A stretch of DNA of 64,000 nt from Planctomycetota bacterium. Lineage in GTDB: Bacteria > Planctomycetota > UBA11346. The notes below the pieces were generated by a model. That model ran no database searches. It was not told where the DNA came from and saw only the letters and a list, made by a program, of their open reading frames with translations. Positions 20,147 to 29,837 of the stretch are shown here, one piece after another. The stretch covers positions 32,001-96,000 of the forward strand of contig JBBRLJ010000008.1 in the NCBI GenBank assembly GCA_038231435.1. The letters are read 5' to 3'. A program made the translations under genes and the position numbers. How positions within the stretch are numbered: position 1 is the stretch's first letter; the number at the start of each line of letters is the position of its first letter.

Positions 20147-21168
20147 GATGCTGCTCCCGACAGGAGTATTCGCCCATCGCAGCTGTCGTCAGGCCTGCTG
20201 TCGGCCGGTGCGCGCATCGCCGCTTCGATCAGGGTCGCGATCGGTTTCAGGATCTCAGCTTCCCAGGCGGGACGACGCGGGCACGCGGGGTGCGGCTGCG
20301 CATCCACCATGCCGCCGTCGGCTCCGCCGCGCAGGCTGAGGAACACTGCGGCACTGTGCTTATAGGCCGGCACCGGATCGCGGAACGCGACCATGCCGAG
20401 CGCCTGCAGCGCGTCGTTCAGCGCGAAGAAGCGGGCATCACCCGTGAGCCACCACAGGTCGCGCAGCGCGAACGCCTCGGGATGGAAGGTCGACAGGCCG
20501 AGCAGGTAGTCCGAACCGTACATCACCAGATCGATGGCGAGATCGTTGCCGGTGTACATGCGGAAATCCGGCCGGCGGCGCGCGATCAGCTCCAGACGAT
20601 CGAGCTCCTGCAGGCGGTCGAGCGACGAATGCTTGGCGCCGACCAGCTGCGGGATGTCGAGCAGCCGCTCCCAGGTCTGCAGGTCGTAGATGCGTCCGAA
20701 CGGCGCGAACACTGGCGACAGCTCGAAGCCCAGCGCGCGCGGCACGCCCTCGAGGATGGCGCGGTACAGCGCCGGGATGTCGACGCCCGGCGCAGCGAAC
20801 AGCGGCGATTGAAAGACGATCGGCGTCGCTCCGACGTCCATGATGTCGCGGAGCGAACGCCGGTAGGCGGCGAGCGCGTCATCCCCATCGTTCGAGGGCA
20901 GCGCCCCAGCCACCATCGGCGCGTTCGGGCCGATGGACTTGCGCGCGCGCGCGAGCGCCTCGCGCCGCTGCGCCGGGGTCAGCTGCGGCCCGAAGCCCGT
21001 ATCCATGTTGATCGCCGGATCGAGCCCAGCGCGCACGCAGCGCAGCAGATGCCCCTCCCACTGCGCCCAATCAGGCTCGTTCCCACGGAAAGGCAGCAGC
21101 ACCGCGGTGATCCCATGGATCTTCCGCCTGGTCACGATGCGCCCGACGATCGACGTAATGGTGTTCAT
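20143..21168 (-). CDS. Dihydrodipicolinate synthase-like class I aldolase/lyase (divergent)
   Basis: ITAVLLPF, Schiff-base GAKHSS, YTGND, YLLGLS; the canonical GTTGE is replaced by NMDTG. Confidence 0.8.
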   Translation of the reverse strand: MNTITSIVGRIVTRRKIHGITAVLLPFRGNEPDWAQWEGHLLRCVRAGLDPAINMDTGFGPQLTPAQRREALARARKSIGPNAPMVAGALPSNDGDDALAAYRRSLRDIMDVGATPIVFQSPLFAAPGVDIPALYRAILEGVPRALGFELSPVFAPFGRIYDLQTWERLLDIPQLVGAKHSSLDRLQELDRLELIARRRPDFRMYTGNDLAIDLVMYGSDYLLGLSTFHPEAFALRDLWWLTGDARFFALNDALQALGMVAFRDPVPAYKHSAAVFLSLRGGADGGMVDAQPHPACPRRPAWEAEILKPIATLIEAAMRAPADSRPDDSCDGRILLSGAAS

Positions 21169-21203
21169 GACTGTATTCCTCTGTGCCCGAGATCCGTCCG
21201 TTG

Positions 21204-21231
21204 TCTTCCGTCTTCCGTCTTCGCTCTTCCC
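21204..21231 (+). repeat. Heptamer tandem repeat (TCTTCCG-like)x4
   Basis: TCTTCCG TCTTCCG TCTTCGC TCTTCCC in an intergenic gap. Confidence 0.8.
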
Positions 21232-21249
21232 AGTTCTCCCTTTCCCACG

Positions 21250-22074
21250 CTAACACCTCTCCCGATACGCCTTCACCACCTCTCCCAACCACACTCCCTG
21301 ATCCATCGCCCACTTCTCGCTCGAGAAGATCTCCACCTCGTTCCACCCTTTGAACCCCGCCCGCTCCACGCACCCGCGGATCCCAGCGATGTCGATGCAG
21401 CCATCGCCCATCAGCCCGCGGTCGGTCAGCAGGTGGCGCGTATCGACGCGCCAATCGCAGAGATGGAACGCCAGCAACCGCTTCGCTTGCCCCAGCGCGG
21501 CGATCTCGACCTCGAGCTCGGGATCCCACCAGCAGTGGTAGACGTCGACCGCGACCCCGACGTGGTCGCTGGCGATCGCCTCACACAGCTCGCGCGCCTG
21601 GCGCAGGCTGTTGATCGCCGAACGGTCGGCGGCGTACATCGGATGCAGCGGCTCGACCGCGAGCTTCACCCCGCGTGCGCGCGCGTGTGGCTCGATCGCG
21701 TGGATGCCCTCGGCGATCTGACGCCGCGATTCATGGAGCGGCTGTCCAGGAACGGCGCCGCAGACCAGCACCACCAGCGGCGCGCCGATCGTCGCGGCCT
21801 CGTCGATCGCCTGCTTGTTGTCGTCGATGGCGCGCTGGCGGCCGGCGACGTCGAGCGCGGGGAAGAAGCCGCCGCGGCAGAGCGACACCACCGCGAGCCC
21901 GGAATCGCGCAACATGCGCGCGGATTCCGCGACGCCTTCCAGCGCCAGGGCATCGCGCCACACCGTGATGCCAGCAACGCCGGCGGCGCGGTAGCCGTCG
22001 AGCGCCTGGCGCAGCGACCAGGGTTTGGTCGTGGCGGTATGGATGCACAGCCGCGAGAGGAGGGGGTCCGGCAT
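21250..22074 (-). CDS. Sugar phosphate isomerase/epimerase (AP endonuclease 2 / xylose isomerase-like TIM barrel)
   Basis: Start MPDPLLSR at 22074; LAVEPLHP, DVYH, FHLCDW, DRGLMGDG, EVEIFS metal ligands. Confidence 0.9.
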   Translation of the reverse strand: MPDPLLSRLCIHTATTKPWSLRQALDGYRAAGVAGITVWRDALALEGVAESARMLRDSGLAVVSLCRGGFFPALDVAGRQRAIDDNKQAIDEAATIGAPLVVLVCGAVPGQPLHESRRQIAEGIHAIEPHARARGVKLAVEPLHPMYAADRSAINSLRQARELCEAIASDHVGVAVDVYHCWWDPELEVEIAALGQAKRLLAFHLCDWRVDTRHLLTDRGLMGDGCIDIAGIRGCVERAGFKGWNEVEIFSSEKWAMDQGVWLGEVVKAYRERC

Positions 22075-22082
22075 GACGCGGA

Positions 22083-23270
22083 TCAGCGTGCTGCGGCGTG
22101 CGATGCCGCAGCCTGACCGGCGGGCTGCATTGCGGGTACGTCGACCCAGCGCCGCTGCTTCCAGCTTTCGACGCCGAGCTCGGCGAGCTGCACGCCCTTC
22201 GCGCCTTCGCGCAATGTCCAGCGAAAGGGGGCGCCGTCGACGACGTGCGCAAGGAACAGCTCCCACTGCGCCTTGAAGGCGTTGTCGTAGACCAGCGGCG
22301 ATGGCACCTCGGACCAACCGGCGCGGAAGTCGATGGGACTGTCGACGTCGGGATTCCATACCGGCTTGGGTGTCGCCGCCATGTGCTGCGACCAGCACGA
22401 GCGCAGTCCGGCGACCGCCGAGCCGCTGGTGCCGTCGACCTGCAGGGTGAGCAGGTCGTCGCGGCGCACGCGCACCGCCCACGAGGAATTGAAGTGGCAG
22501 ATCACGCCATTCGCACAGCGGAAGGTCGCGTAGGCGCTGTCCTCGGCGGTGACGCGGTAGCGCTGGCCCTTCTCGTCGACGCGTTCGGGGACGTGGATCG
22601 CGCCCATGCACGACACCGCCTCGACCTCGCCGAACAGGTTGTCGACGACGTAGCGCCAGTGGCAGAGCATATCGCTGATGATGCCGCCGCCATCCTCGGC
22701 GCGGTAGTTCCACGACGGGCGCTGCCCGGGCTGGTCGCTGACGTCGCCGGTGAACACCCAGTAGCCGAATTCGCCGCGCACCGACAGCAGGTCGCCGAAG
22801 AAACCTTGGCTTTTCAGCATCGCCAGCTTGCGCAGGCCCGGCAGCCAGAGCTTGTCCTGGACCACGCCGTTGGGCACGCCGCGGTCTTCACACAGCTTGG
22901 CCAGGCGCAGCGCCTCGGCGGTGGAGATCGCTGTCGGCTTCTCGCAATAGATCGCCTTACCGGCGGCCACCGCCTTCTCGACGAAGCCGGCGCGCGCGGT
23001 GGTGGTCGACGAATCGAAGAAGATGCGGTTCTTGGCGTCACCGAGCGCGGCGTCGAGATCGGTGGTCCACTTCAGGCCACCGTGCGCCTTGGCCAGCGCC
23101 TCGAGCTTGCGGCCATCGCGACCGGTGAGGATCGGCTCGGGGATGATCATCGATCCATCCGCCGCGCGTACCCCGCCTTGCTTGGCGATGGCGAGGATGG
23201 AGCGCGCCAGGTGCTGATTGGCGCCCATGCGTCCGGTGACGCCGCTCATGATGATGCCGATGGTGGTCAT
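22083..23270 (-). CDS. Gfo/Idh/MocA family oxidoreductase
   Basis: GIIMSGVTGRMG Rossmann start, YCEKP, GGIISDMLCHW; CAGGAG RBS. Confidence 0.92.
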   Translation of the reverse strand: MTTIGIIMSGVTGRMGANQHLARSILAIAKQGGVRAADGSMIIPEPILTGRDGRKLEALAKAHGGLKWTTDLDAALGDAKNRIFFDSSTTTARAGFVEKAVAAGKAIYCEKPTAISTAEALRLAKLCEDRGVPNGVVQDKLWLPGLRKLAMLKSQGFFGDLLSVRGEFGYWVFTGDVSDQPGQRPSWNYRAEDGGGIISDMLCHWRYVVDNLFGEVEAVSCMGAIHVPERVDEKGQRYRVTAEDSAYATFRCANGVICHFNSSWAVRVRRDDLLTLQVDGTSGSAVAGLRSCWSQHMAATPKPVWNPDVDSPIDFRAGWSEVPSPLVYDNAFKAQWELFLAHVVDGAPFRWTLREGAKGVQLAELGVESWKQRRWVDVPAMQPAGQAAASHAAAR

Positions 23271-23367
23271 GCGTCTGTCTCCTGGAAAAAGGTCTGATCG
23301 AGTGGCCCGATGAACGAGATGACGGATGTCAGGTGGAAGGTCTGGTCGAAGGACTGGAGGAAGGTCT

Positions 23368-24627
23368 TCATGCCCGTCCGCTGCCGCGCTGTCCGCCGAA
23401 AGCGATGAGGCGGCCCGGCTTCGCCCACGACGAGCCGAGTTCGGACGGCATGCGCTCGGTGGCGTAGGCGCGTTCCAGCTCCTCGTCGAGACTCGCGACG
23501 CTGCGCCGGCGGCGCTCGCCGTCGTGGGTCACCATCGCCGCGGGAAAATCCACGATCTCCGCCGAATCGCTGGCGCCGTTGACCACGCGCAGGTGCGGCA
23601 GCGCTGCCGATGGCGGGCAGGGGGGCGCCGCGCCGCCGCGCACCGCCGCGCACATGGCCCACAGCTTGCCGGCGTCGCCAGCGTCGACCGGAGCGCCGTA
23701 ATCGATGCGTGTCCCATCGGCGAGCTCGGCGACCAGCGACTGGCCGGAGTAGCTGACCCTCGCGCGCTCGAAGCGGTACTCGCACACCGGTCCGCGCAGG
23801 CGGATGCCGGCGTGGGTGACGTAGAACAGCAGCTCGGCGCCTGCAGCGCGCACGCGCAGGGCCGCGGTATCGTAGTTCTCGATCGGGTTGGCGCGCGCGA
23901 TCTCGGCCTGCACGCTATCGGCTTCGGCCGAGACATCGATGCGCGCGCCGAGCACGAACAGCATGTTGTGCAGGTAGTGGGCGGTCGCGTTGGCGACCGG
24001 GCTGTCGAGGATCCACGCGCCGTCGTCGGCGCGCTTGCGACCGGCCCAGCGGTTGCGCGCGTAGTAGGCGTCGTCGCGCGGCCACAGCGCGATGGTCTTC
24101 AGCACCCGCGGTCGGCCGAAACGGCCGCTCATGATATCCCCTTTCAGGCGCAGGATCGCCTCGCAGTAGGACCACTGGAAGCCCACGCCGGCGTGGCGGC
24201 CGCTCGCGGCGTGCGCGGCGGCGATGCGCTCGCCGTCGGCGATCAACGCGCACAGCGGCTTCTCGACCAGCAGGTGGCTGCCGCGGTCCAGCGCGAGCAG
24301 CGACTGCGGCGCGTGCAGGTGGATGGGCGAGCACAGCACCACCAACTCGGCGGCGCCGACCGACGACGCATCGACGGCCGCGTAGTACGCCTCCAACGAG
24401 GCGAAGATCGGGATGTTCTGCAGACGCAGTTCGGGCAGCCGCGCGCAGCGCTCGGGATCCGGGTCGATGCCCGCGACCAGTCGCGCGCGCCCGGCGTTCG
24501 CGGCATCCAGCAACGGCTTGAGGTAGGTGTCGCCGTAGCCGCCGAGCCCGCACAGGACGACATTCACCGGAGATTCGGCATTGCGGCCGATGGACGTGGA
24601 TCCAGACGTGGATGCGGGGGAAGGCAT
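23368..24627 (-). CDS. Gfo/Idh/MocA family oxidoreductase (second copy; start uncertain)
   Basis: VLCGLGGYG, LLVEKP, VGFQW, NATAHYLHN. Confidence 0.88.
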   Translation of the reverse strand: MPSPASTSGSTSIGRNAESPVNVVLCGLGGYGDTYLKPLLDAANAGRARLVAGIDPDPERCARLPELRLQNIPIFASLEAYYAAVDASSVGAAELVVLCSPIHLHAPQSLLALDRGSHLLVEKPLCALIADGERIAAAHAASGRHAGVGFQWSYCEAILRLKGDIMSGRFGRPRVLKTIALWPRDDAYYARNRWAGRKRADDGAWILDSPVANATAHYLHNMLFVLGARIDVSAEADSVQAEIARANPIENYDTAALRVRAAGAELLFYVTHAGIRLRGPVCEYRFERARVSYSGQSLVAELADGTRIDYGAPVDAGDAGKLWAMCAAVRGGAAPPCPPSAALPHLRVVNGASDSAEIVDFPAAMVTHDGERRRRSVASLDEELERAYATERMPSELGSSWAKPGRLIAFGGQRGSGRA

Positions 24628-24644
24628 GCTTGCGGACTGTATAT

Positions 24645-24656
24645 ATCATATATGAT
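24645..24656. promoter_or_regulatory. Palindromic operator candidate ATCATATATGAT
   Basis: Perfect 12-bp palindrome in the AT-rich gap between the divergent oxidoreductase and GntR genes. Confidence 0.6.
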
Positions 24657-24699
24657 CGGTCAACGACTCGCCCATAACCCCTTTTATGGCAGGCATCCG

Positions 24700-25371
24700 A
24701 TGTCCGTTTCCACCCTGGCCGCTCCCCCTGGCCGCTTCCTCACCAAGCAGGAACTCGCCTACCAGGCGCTCAGGCAGGCGATCATGCGCGGCGAACTCGA
24801 ACCCGGCACGCGGGTGGTCATCGACGACGTCGCTGTGCGCCTGGGTGTCAGCATCATCCCGGTGCGCGAAGCGCTGCAGAGGCTCGAGCGCGAACGTCTG
24901 GTCGAGATCAGGCCACATGCCGGCGCGGTGGTGACGGCGCTGTCGAAAGACGACGTCGCCGAAGTGTTCGCCCTGATGGAGGGGCTCGAAGCCGCGGCCG
25001 CCGGCCCGGCGGTCGCGCGCGCCAGCGACCAGGATATCGCCGCACTGGCCGCGCTGCTCGACGGCATCGAGGCCGCGCGCAAGCGCCGCGACCACGAGCG
25101 CTGGCTCGAGCGCAACGCCGCCTTCCATCTCGAACTCTGCCGGCTGGCCGGCATGCCGCTGCTGTCCGAATTCGCGGCGCGCGTGTTCGACCGCTGGGAG
25201 CGACTGCGCCGGCACTTCTTCTCGGACGCCGCCGAAGGCACCGCACGCGCCGACCACGAGCACCGCGACATTCTCGCGGCGCTGCGCGCCCGCGACGGCC
25301 TCGCCCTCGAACGTCTCCTGCGCGAGCACAATCGCGCTGCCCGTGAATCCTACCGCAAGCGCGGCGGCTGA
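24700..25371 (+). CDS. GntR/FadR (FCD) transcriptional regulator
   Basis: Start MSVSTLAAP; AYQALRQAIMRGELEPG, GVSIIPVREALQRL, NAAFH, EHRDIL. Confidence 0.92.
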   Translation: MSVSTLAAPPGRFLTKQELAYQALRQAIMRGELEPGTRVVIDDVAVRLGVSIIPVREALQRLERERLVEIRPHAGAVVTALSKDDVAEVFALMEGLEAAAAGPAVARASDQDIAALAALLDGIEAARKRRDHERWLERNAAFHLELCRLAGMPLLSEFAARVFDRWERLRRHFFSDAAEGTARADHEHRDILAALRARDGLALERLLREHNRAARESYRKRGG

Positions 25372-25568
25372 TCATCAGAGCGCAAAGCCTCACCACCTCA
25401 GGCACCATCCATCCTGATGGAAACTCGTTTCCCAATCCACCCTGCTCCCCCCTTTTCCTAAGGGGCAGGCCGGAGGCCGATGTTGGGGGGATCGCGAAGC
25501 GATCTCGGATGCCCTGTGGGCATCCGCCGGCCGAAGGCCGTAGCCCCCAACAGAAAGCTTGCGGTCGA

Positions 25569-25596
25569 CATGTGTATTAGTATATTGATACACATG
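25569..25596. promoter_or_regulatory. YtrA-type operator inverted repeat CATGTGTAT-N10-ATACACATG
   Basis: Perfect 9-bp arms overlapping the ATG at 25594; resembles GTGTA...TACAC YtrA-subfamily boxes. Confidence 0.75.
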
Positions 25597-25974
25597 CTAT
25601 TCCGCGTATCGCCCTCCTCGGGCGTGCCCATCTACCGCCAGATCATCGACCAGGTGATCGCATTGTCCGCCGGTAGGCGGCTCAAGGCCGGGGAATTCCT
25701 GCCCTCCGTGCGGCAGGTGGCCGACGAGCTGCAGGTGAATCCGATGACGGTCTCGAAGGCGTATTCGCTGCTCGAGCGCGACGGCGTGATCGAGTTGGTG
25801 CGCGGCAAGGGCATGCGCATGGGCGACCTCAATGCGCGGGGAAGCCTGCGCGAGCGCCAGGACGAACTCTCACCGCTGCTCCAGCAGGTGGCGGCCGCGG
25901 CGTACCGGCTAGCACTGACGCGCGAGCAGACCATCGAGTTGTTGAGCAAACATTGGCCTGGAGGCGCACCATGA
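25594..25974 (+). CDS. GntR family regulator, YtrA subfamily
   Basis: SGVPIYRQIIDQV, LPSVRQVADELQVNPMTVSKAY; short C-terminal domain; upstream of an ABC ATPase. Confidence 0.92.
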   Translation: MLFRVSPSSGVPIYRQIIDQVIALSAGRRLKAGEFLPSVRQVADELQVNPMTVSKAYSLLERDGVIELVRGKGMRMGDLNARGSLRERQDELSPLLQQVAAAAYRLALTREQTIELLSKHWPGGAP

Positions 25975-26849
25975 TCGAATCCGTCCTGTCGCTCACGAAT
26001 CTGATCAAACGCTACGGCGATAAACCGGTACTCGACGGCGTCTCGCTCGACATCCCGAAGGGTTCGGTATTCGGGTTGATCGGCAAGAACGGCGCGGGCA
26101 AGAGCACGCTGCTCAAATGCGCGCTCGGGCTGATCCGTTCTTGGCAAGGTTCGGCGCGGATCCTCGGCGAGGAGACGCGTGCGCTGTCAGCGGTCGCGAA
26201 AGCGCGGATCGGATACGTGGCCCAGCCGCCGGCGATGCTGACCTGGATGACGGTCGCTGACATGATCGCCTATACCGGCGGGTTCTATCCGCATTGGAAT
26301 CAGGATCTGGTCACGCGGCTGGTGCGCGATTGGGATCTGCGCGCGAAGGATGTCGTCGGCAAGCTTTCGCCAGGACAGGCGCAGCGGCTCGCGCTGGTGC
26401 TCGCGCTCGGCCATGAGCCGGACCTGCTGGTGCTCGACGAGCCGGCAGGAAGCCTGGATCCGGAAGGCCGGCGTGCGCTGCTGAAAGAGCTGCTCGCTGT
26501 GGTCGGGGGAGGGGAGCGTACGGTGCTGCTCTCTACCCACATCACCTCGGATCTCGAGCGCGTCGCCGATCGCGTCGCCGTGCTCAAGGATGGCCGCATC
26601 GTCTTCGCGGGTGAACTCGGCGAGCTGAAGGATTCGGTCAAGCGCCTGCGCGTGGCCGCCACCGCGCCATTGCCCGCGAGCGTCGACATCCCGGGGGTCA
26701 TCTCGTACGCCGGCACCGGCGGCACGGGCCTCGCGACGGTGCGTGGCGATGTCGCGGCGGCGGCGCGTCGCTTCTCGAATGATTTCGGCGCGTCGGTCGA
26801 AGTCGAGGACCTCAACCTCGAGGACATCTTCCTGGAACTGCACCGATGA
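25971..26849 (+). CDS. ABC transporter ATP-binding protein (YtrB-like)
   Basis: GKNGAGKS, LSPGQ, LVLDEP, STH, LEDIF. Confidence 0.93.
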   Translation: MIESVLSLTNLIKRYGDKPVLDGVSLDIPKGSVFGLIGKNGAGKSTLLKCALGLIRSWQGSARILGEETRALSAVAKARIGYVAQPPAMLTWMTVADMIAYTGGFYPHWNQDLVTRLVRDWDLRAKDVVGKLSPGQAQRLALVLALGHEPDLLVLDEPAGSLDPEGRRALLKELLAVVGGGERTVLLSTHITSDLERVADRVAVLKDGRIVFAGELGELKDSVKRLRVAATAPLPASVDIPGVISYAGTGGTGLATVRGDVAAAARRFSNDFGASVEVEDLNLEDIFLELHR

Positions 26850-28252
26850 GCGGTCTCCCTCTGCGAACCGGTCTCGCGTTTGCGCGCATGCCCGCGATCT
26901 GGTGGGTTCTGGGTGCCTACACCGTGGCGATGGGGGCGATGGTGGTGTTCATGTTCCGGATCGAGGGGTCGCCGGACGAGCGGCAGGCGCAGGCCAATCT
27001 GGTCGCCGTTGGCGTCATCGTCCTCGCCGGGTTCGCGGCCTTAAGCCTGGGCACCGTGGCGCGCGTGCTGGTGTCGCGTCCGCAGGCAACGGTGGTTCCT
27101 GGTTTCGTGCCGCGCGCCTTGCTCCCGGCCGGCATGGCGTCCCTGATGCTGATCTGCGTGGTGCCGATGGCGGCTTTGGGGATCTTGGGCGCGGCCACCG
27201 TGGCGTCGACGATGCTGCCGGTGGCGGCGACCGTCAGCGCCTGGATCGGTTGCACTCTGCTGATCCGCCACCAGGTGCAGGCATTGACCTGGATCGGCGT
27301 GCTCGGGTCGATCGTCGTCATCCTGGCGGTGTCGCTGCCGGAACAGGCGCGGCGGGTGTCCGATTGGCATCCGCCGTTGGTGGTCCCGATCGTCACGTGG
27401 GTCCTGTGCTCGGCGGTCTGCGGGTGCATCATCCGTCGCCTGGTGGCCTTGCGCGAGGAGGACCCTGCTTACTTCGATCCCCGGTATTTCGATATCGACC
27501 GCGCCAGGGAGATCTCTGGACTCAAGACCGAGTCCCTCGCGAGCGGCGGAGCGGTGCTCTCCGTCAACCGCTGGAGCCACGTGCTGCGGCGTGGTGTCCC
27601 CTTCGGACGCGATTGCATGATCTTCGGCGTCACTGCCGGCTGCATGGTCGGGTTGGTGCCGCGCATGCTGACCTCGTCGTGGACCTCGTGGAACGCTTGG
27701 AGCACGCCATCGGTGCCAGCAGACTACGGGATGATAGTCTGGATCGCGCTGTCGTTCCTGGTCGCGATGTCTGCCGGAGCGACCAATCCATTGCTGCTGC
27801 CCAACGATCCGGCCTTCCTCAAGGTGATGGCGCAGGAATCCTTGCGCCCGCTCGAGTGGGAACGCTTCTCGCGTGGTCTGGCGCTGGCGTTCGCCAGGCT
27901 GCAGACGCGTCGGTTGCTCACGGCCCTGCTCACCGCCATCGCGCTGGCCATGGCCATCGATCCGCAGTGGCGGCTCTTGCGCCTGGGGGCGGCGATGACC
28001 GTCGTGATCGTTGCCATCCAGCCGCTGCTGCTCGGGCTGGTCGCGCTCACCTCATCCATGGCGCAACGGTCCGTGCGCATTGCGCTCAGTGGGCTGATCT
28101 ACATGGCTGGGATCCCGGCTCTGTGCGGATGGATCTGGCTGGCGCACGCGCGTCCGTCGCTGTTCGTGTCGTCCTTCGTCGCCATCCTACTGATCGGAAT
28201 GTTCGCGCTGCGGATCTCAGCGAGGCGCTGGCGCTCCATGGATCTTGACTGA
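26846..28252 (+). CDS. Polytopic membrane protein, probable ABC permease
   Basis: Many hydrophobic helices; ATGA-coupled to the ATPase; ends RRWRSMDLD. Confidence 0.75.
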   Translation: MSGLPLRTGLAFARMPAIWWVLGAYTVAMGAMVVFMFRIEGSPDERQAQANLVAVGVIVLAGFAALSLGTVARVLVSRPQATVVPGFVPRALLPAGMASLMLICVVPMAALGILGAATVASTMLPVAATVSAWIGCTLLIRHQVQALTWIGVLGSIVVILAVSLPEQARRVSDWHPPLVVPIVTWVLCSAVCGCIIRRLVALREEDPAYFDPRYFDIDRAREISGLKTESLASGGAVLSVNRWSHVLRRGVPFGRDCMIFGVTAGCMVGLVPRMLTSSWTSWNAWSTPSVPADYGMIVWIALSFLVAMSAGATNPLLLPNDPAFLKVMAQESLRPLEWERFSRGLALAFARLQTRRLLTALLTAIALAMAIDPQWRLLRLGAAMTVVIVAIQPLLLGLVALTSSMAQRSVRIALSGLIYMAGIPALCGWIWLAHARPSLFVSSFVAILLIGMFALRISARRWRSMDLD

Positions 28253-28404
28253 TGTGATCAGCGTCCTGGCCGTGGCCGCTTCCCATTGAGGGGCAACATC
28301 CCACCTCGAGGGCATCTCCTCTGGTCAGCGACGGCTGCGCCGCTGTACACATCGACCACCTTGCCGTTCCTGCTCCGCGCGCGTATCTCCAGGCGGGGGC
28401 ACGC

Positions 28405-29096
28405 ATGGCTGGCATCGAGTTCATCGGCGGCGAAAAAGGTGGCGTGGGGAAATCGGTGGTGGCTCGCGTGCTCGCCCAGTACTGCATCGACAAGGGTCAG
28501 CCGTTCATCGGCTTCGACACCGATCGCTCCACTCGACATTCCTGCGCTTCTACGGCGATTTCGCCTCGCAGGCGGTGATCGATGATTTCGCGAGCCTGGA
28601 TCGCATCGCCGAGGCGGTGACGGCCGAACCGGGGCGCCGGGTGCTCGTCGATCTCGCCGCGCAGACCATGCCGCCACTTCGGCGCTGGCTCGAGGATTCC
28701 GGCGTGCTGTCGCTGCTATCCGACGCGGGCATACCGGTGCGCTGCTGGCACGTGATGGACGATGGTATGGACTCCATCAACCTGCTCGAGCGGTTGCTGC
28801 GCACCTTCGCGGCGCCGGCGAGCTTCGTGGTGGCGCTGAATCACGGTCGCGGGCGGAATTTCGCGAACTTCCACGCATCCGCGGCCAAGGCCCTGGCGGT
28901 CGAACGCGGTGCGACCATCCTCGAGCTGCGCGGCCTGCACGAGGCGTCGATGCGCAAGATCGACCTCCACGACGCCAGCTTCTGGGCGGCCAGCAACCAC
29001 CGTGGCACCGACACATCCCTGGGGCTGCTCGAACGCCAGCGCGTGAAGGTGTGGTTGTCGCGGACCTACGAGGATCTGGGTGGCTTGCTGGGGTGA
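28405..29096 (+). pseudogene. ParA/MinD-like P-loop NTPase (MobD-like family) with a frameshift near 28530
   Basis: Frame 1 from 28405 reads MAGIEFIGGEKGGVGKSVVARVLAQY...GFDTDRS and then stops; frame 3 continues STFLRFYGDF...VLVDLAAQT...LNHGRG...RQRVKVWL. Adding one base near 28530 joins the two frames. Confidence 0.8.
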
Positions 29097-29153
29097 TCGA
29101 CGCTTCCGAGGGTGCGTACCTGGTTCACCGGGTGAAACTGCGTCCGGCGAGGG

Positions 29154-29690
29154 TTACGCCGCTTCCGAGATCCGCTTCAGATTCGCCAGGCCCGCCTCGA
29201 AATCCTTGCCGATCATCCGGTCCATATCGCAGAACGTGCTCATCACCTTCATCATGTAGGGACGCGGTCCCTTCATAGCCCAGGTGATCACCGTGCCTCC
29301 GTTGGCGGGCGTGAGCGTGTACTCGGCGACGTTGTGGGCTTCGAAGGGCTTGAGGAAATCCAGCGTGATCGCGAGTCTCGTGGAAGCCGTTGCCTCGGTG
29401 ATCTCCATGCGCCCCTCGCCGACCTTCTTGTTGCCCTTCCAGGCGTAGACGGCGCCCTTGCCGCGCGGCGCTCCGCTGAAGGAGCGCGTGAGGGCGGGAT
29501 CCAGTTTCTCCCACGGCGACCACGAAGCCCAGTGGTGGAAGTCGTCGAGGAATGCGAAGACCTTCTCTGGCGGCGCGGCGATGGTGGTCGAGCGCTGGAT
29601 GACGAAGGCCGCGGACTTGGTCGTGGCATGGATGAGTACGATGGCGATGAGCGTGGCCAGGACGCCGACGATGGAGAGGAAGATGGTCAT
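29154..29690 (-). CDS. SRPBCC family protein (polyketide cyclase-like) with N-terminal TM
   Basis: RSTTIAAPPEKVF...WASWSPW...GKGAVYAWKGN..VGEGRMEI...DFEAGLANLK. Confidence 0.9.
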   Translation of the reverse strand: MTIFLSIVGVLATLIAIVLIHATTKSAAFVIQRSTTIAAPPEKVFAFLDDFHHWASWSPWEKLDPALTRSFSGAPRGKGAVYAWKGNKKVGEGRMEITEATASTRLAITLDFLKPFEAHNVAEYTLTPANGGTVITWAMKGPRPYMMKVMSTFCDMDRMIGKDFEAGLANLKRISEAA

Positions 29691-29811
29691 GGTTGTCCGA
29701 TGTGGAGGGGGACTGTCCGGCGGAGGTCATGGCATCGGGCGGTGATTTCAAGCCGCACGACGCATCATCGCCGCCGCGCGGGGAATCCCGCTTGACGTGC
29801 AGGGAAAGCAT

Positions 29812-29837
29812 CATATTTAACCAAATAGTTAAATATG
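29812..29837. promoter_or_regulatory. ArsR operator inverted repeat CATATTTAAC-N6-GTTAAATATG
   Basis: Perfect 10-bp arms overlapping ATG 29835; TTGACG at 29792-29797 upstream. Confidence 0.75.

Noticed and set aside
25441..25470. Imperfect hairpin CCTGCTCCCCCCTT...AAGGGGCAGG after the GntR gene
   Set aside because: Bulged stem, no U tract and a single copy; cannot be called a terminator or REP.
28405..29096. Plasmid or ICE implied by the MobD-like label
   Set aside because: No relaxase, T4SS, integrase or oriT-like context, and composition matches the host.
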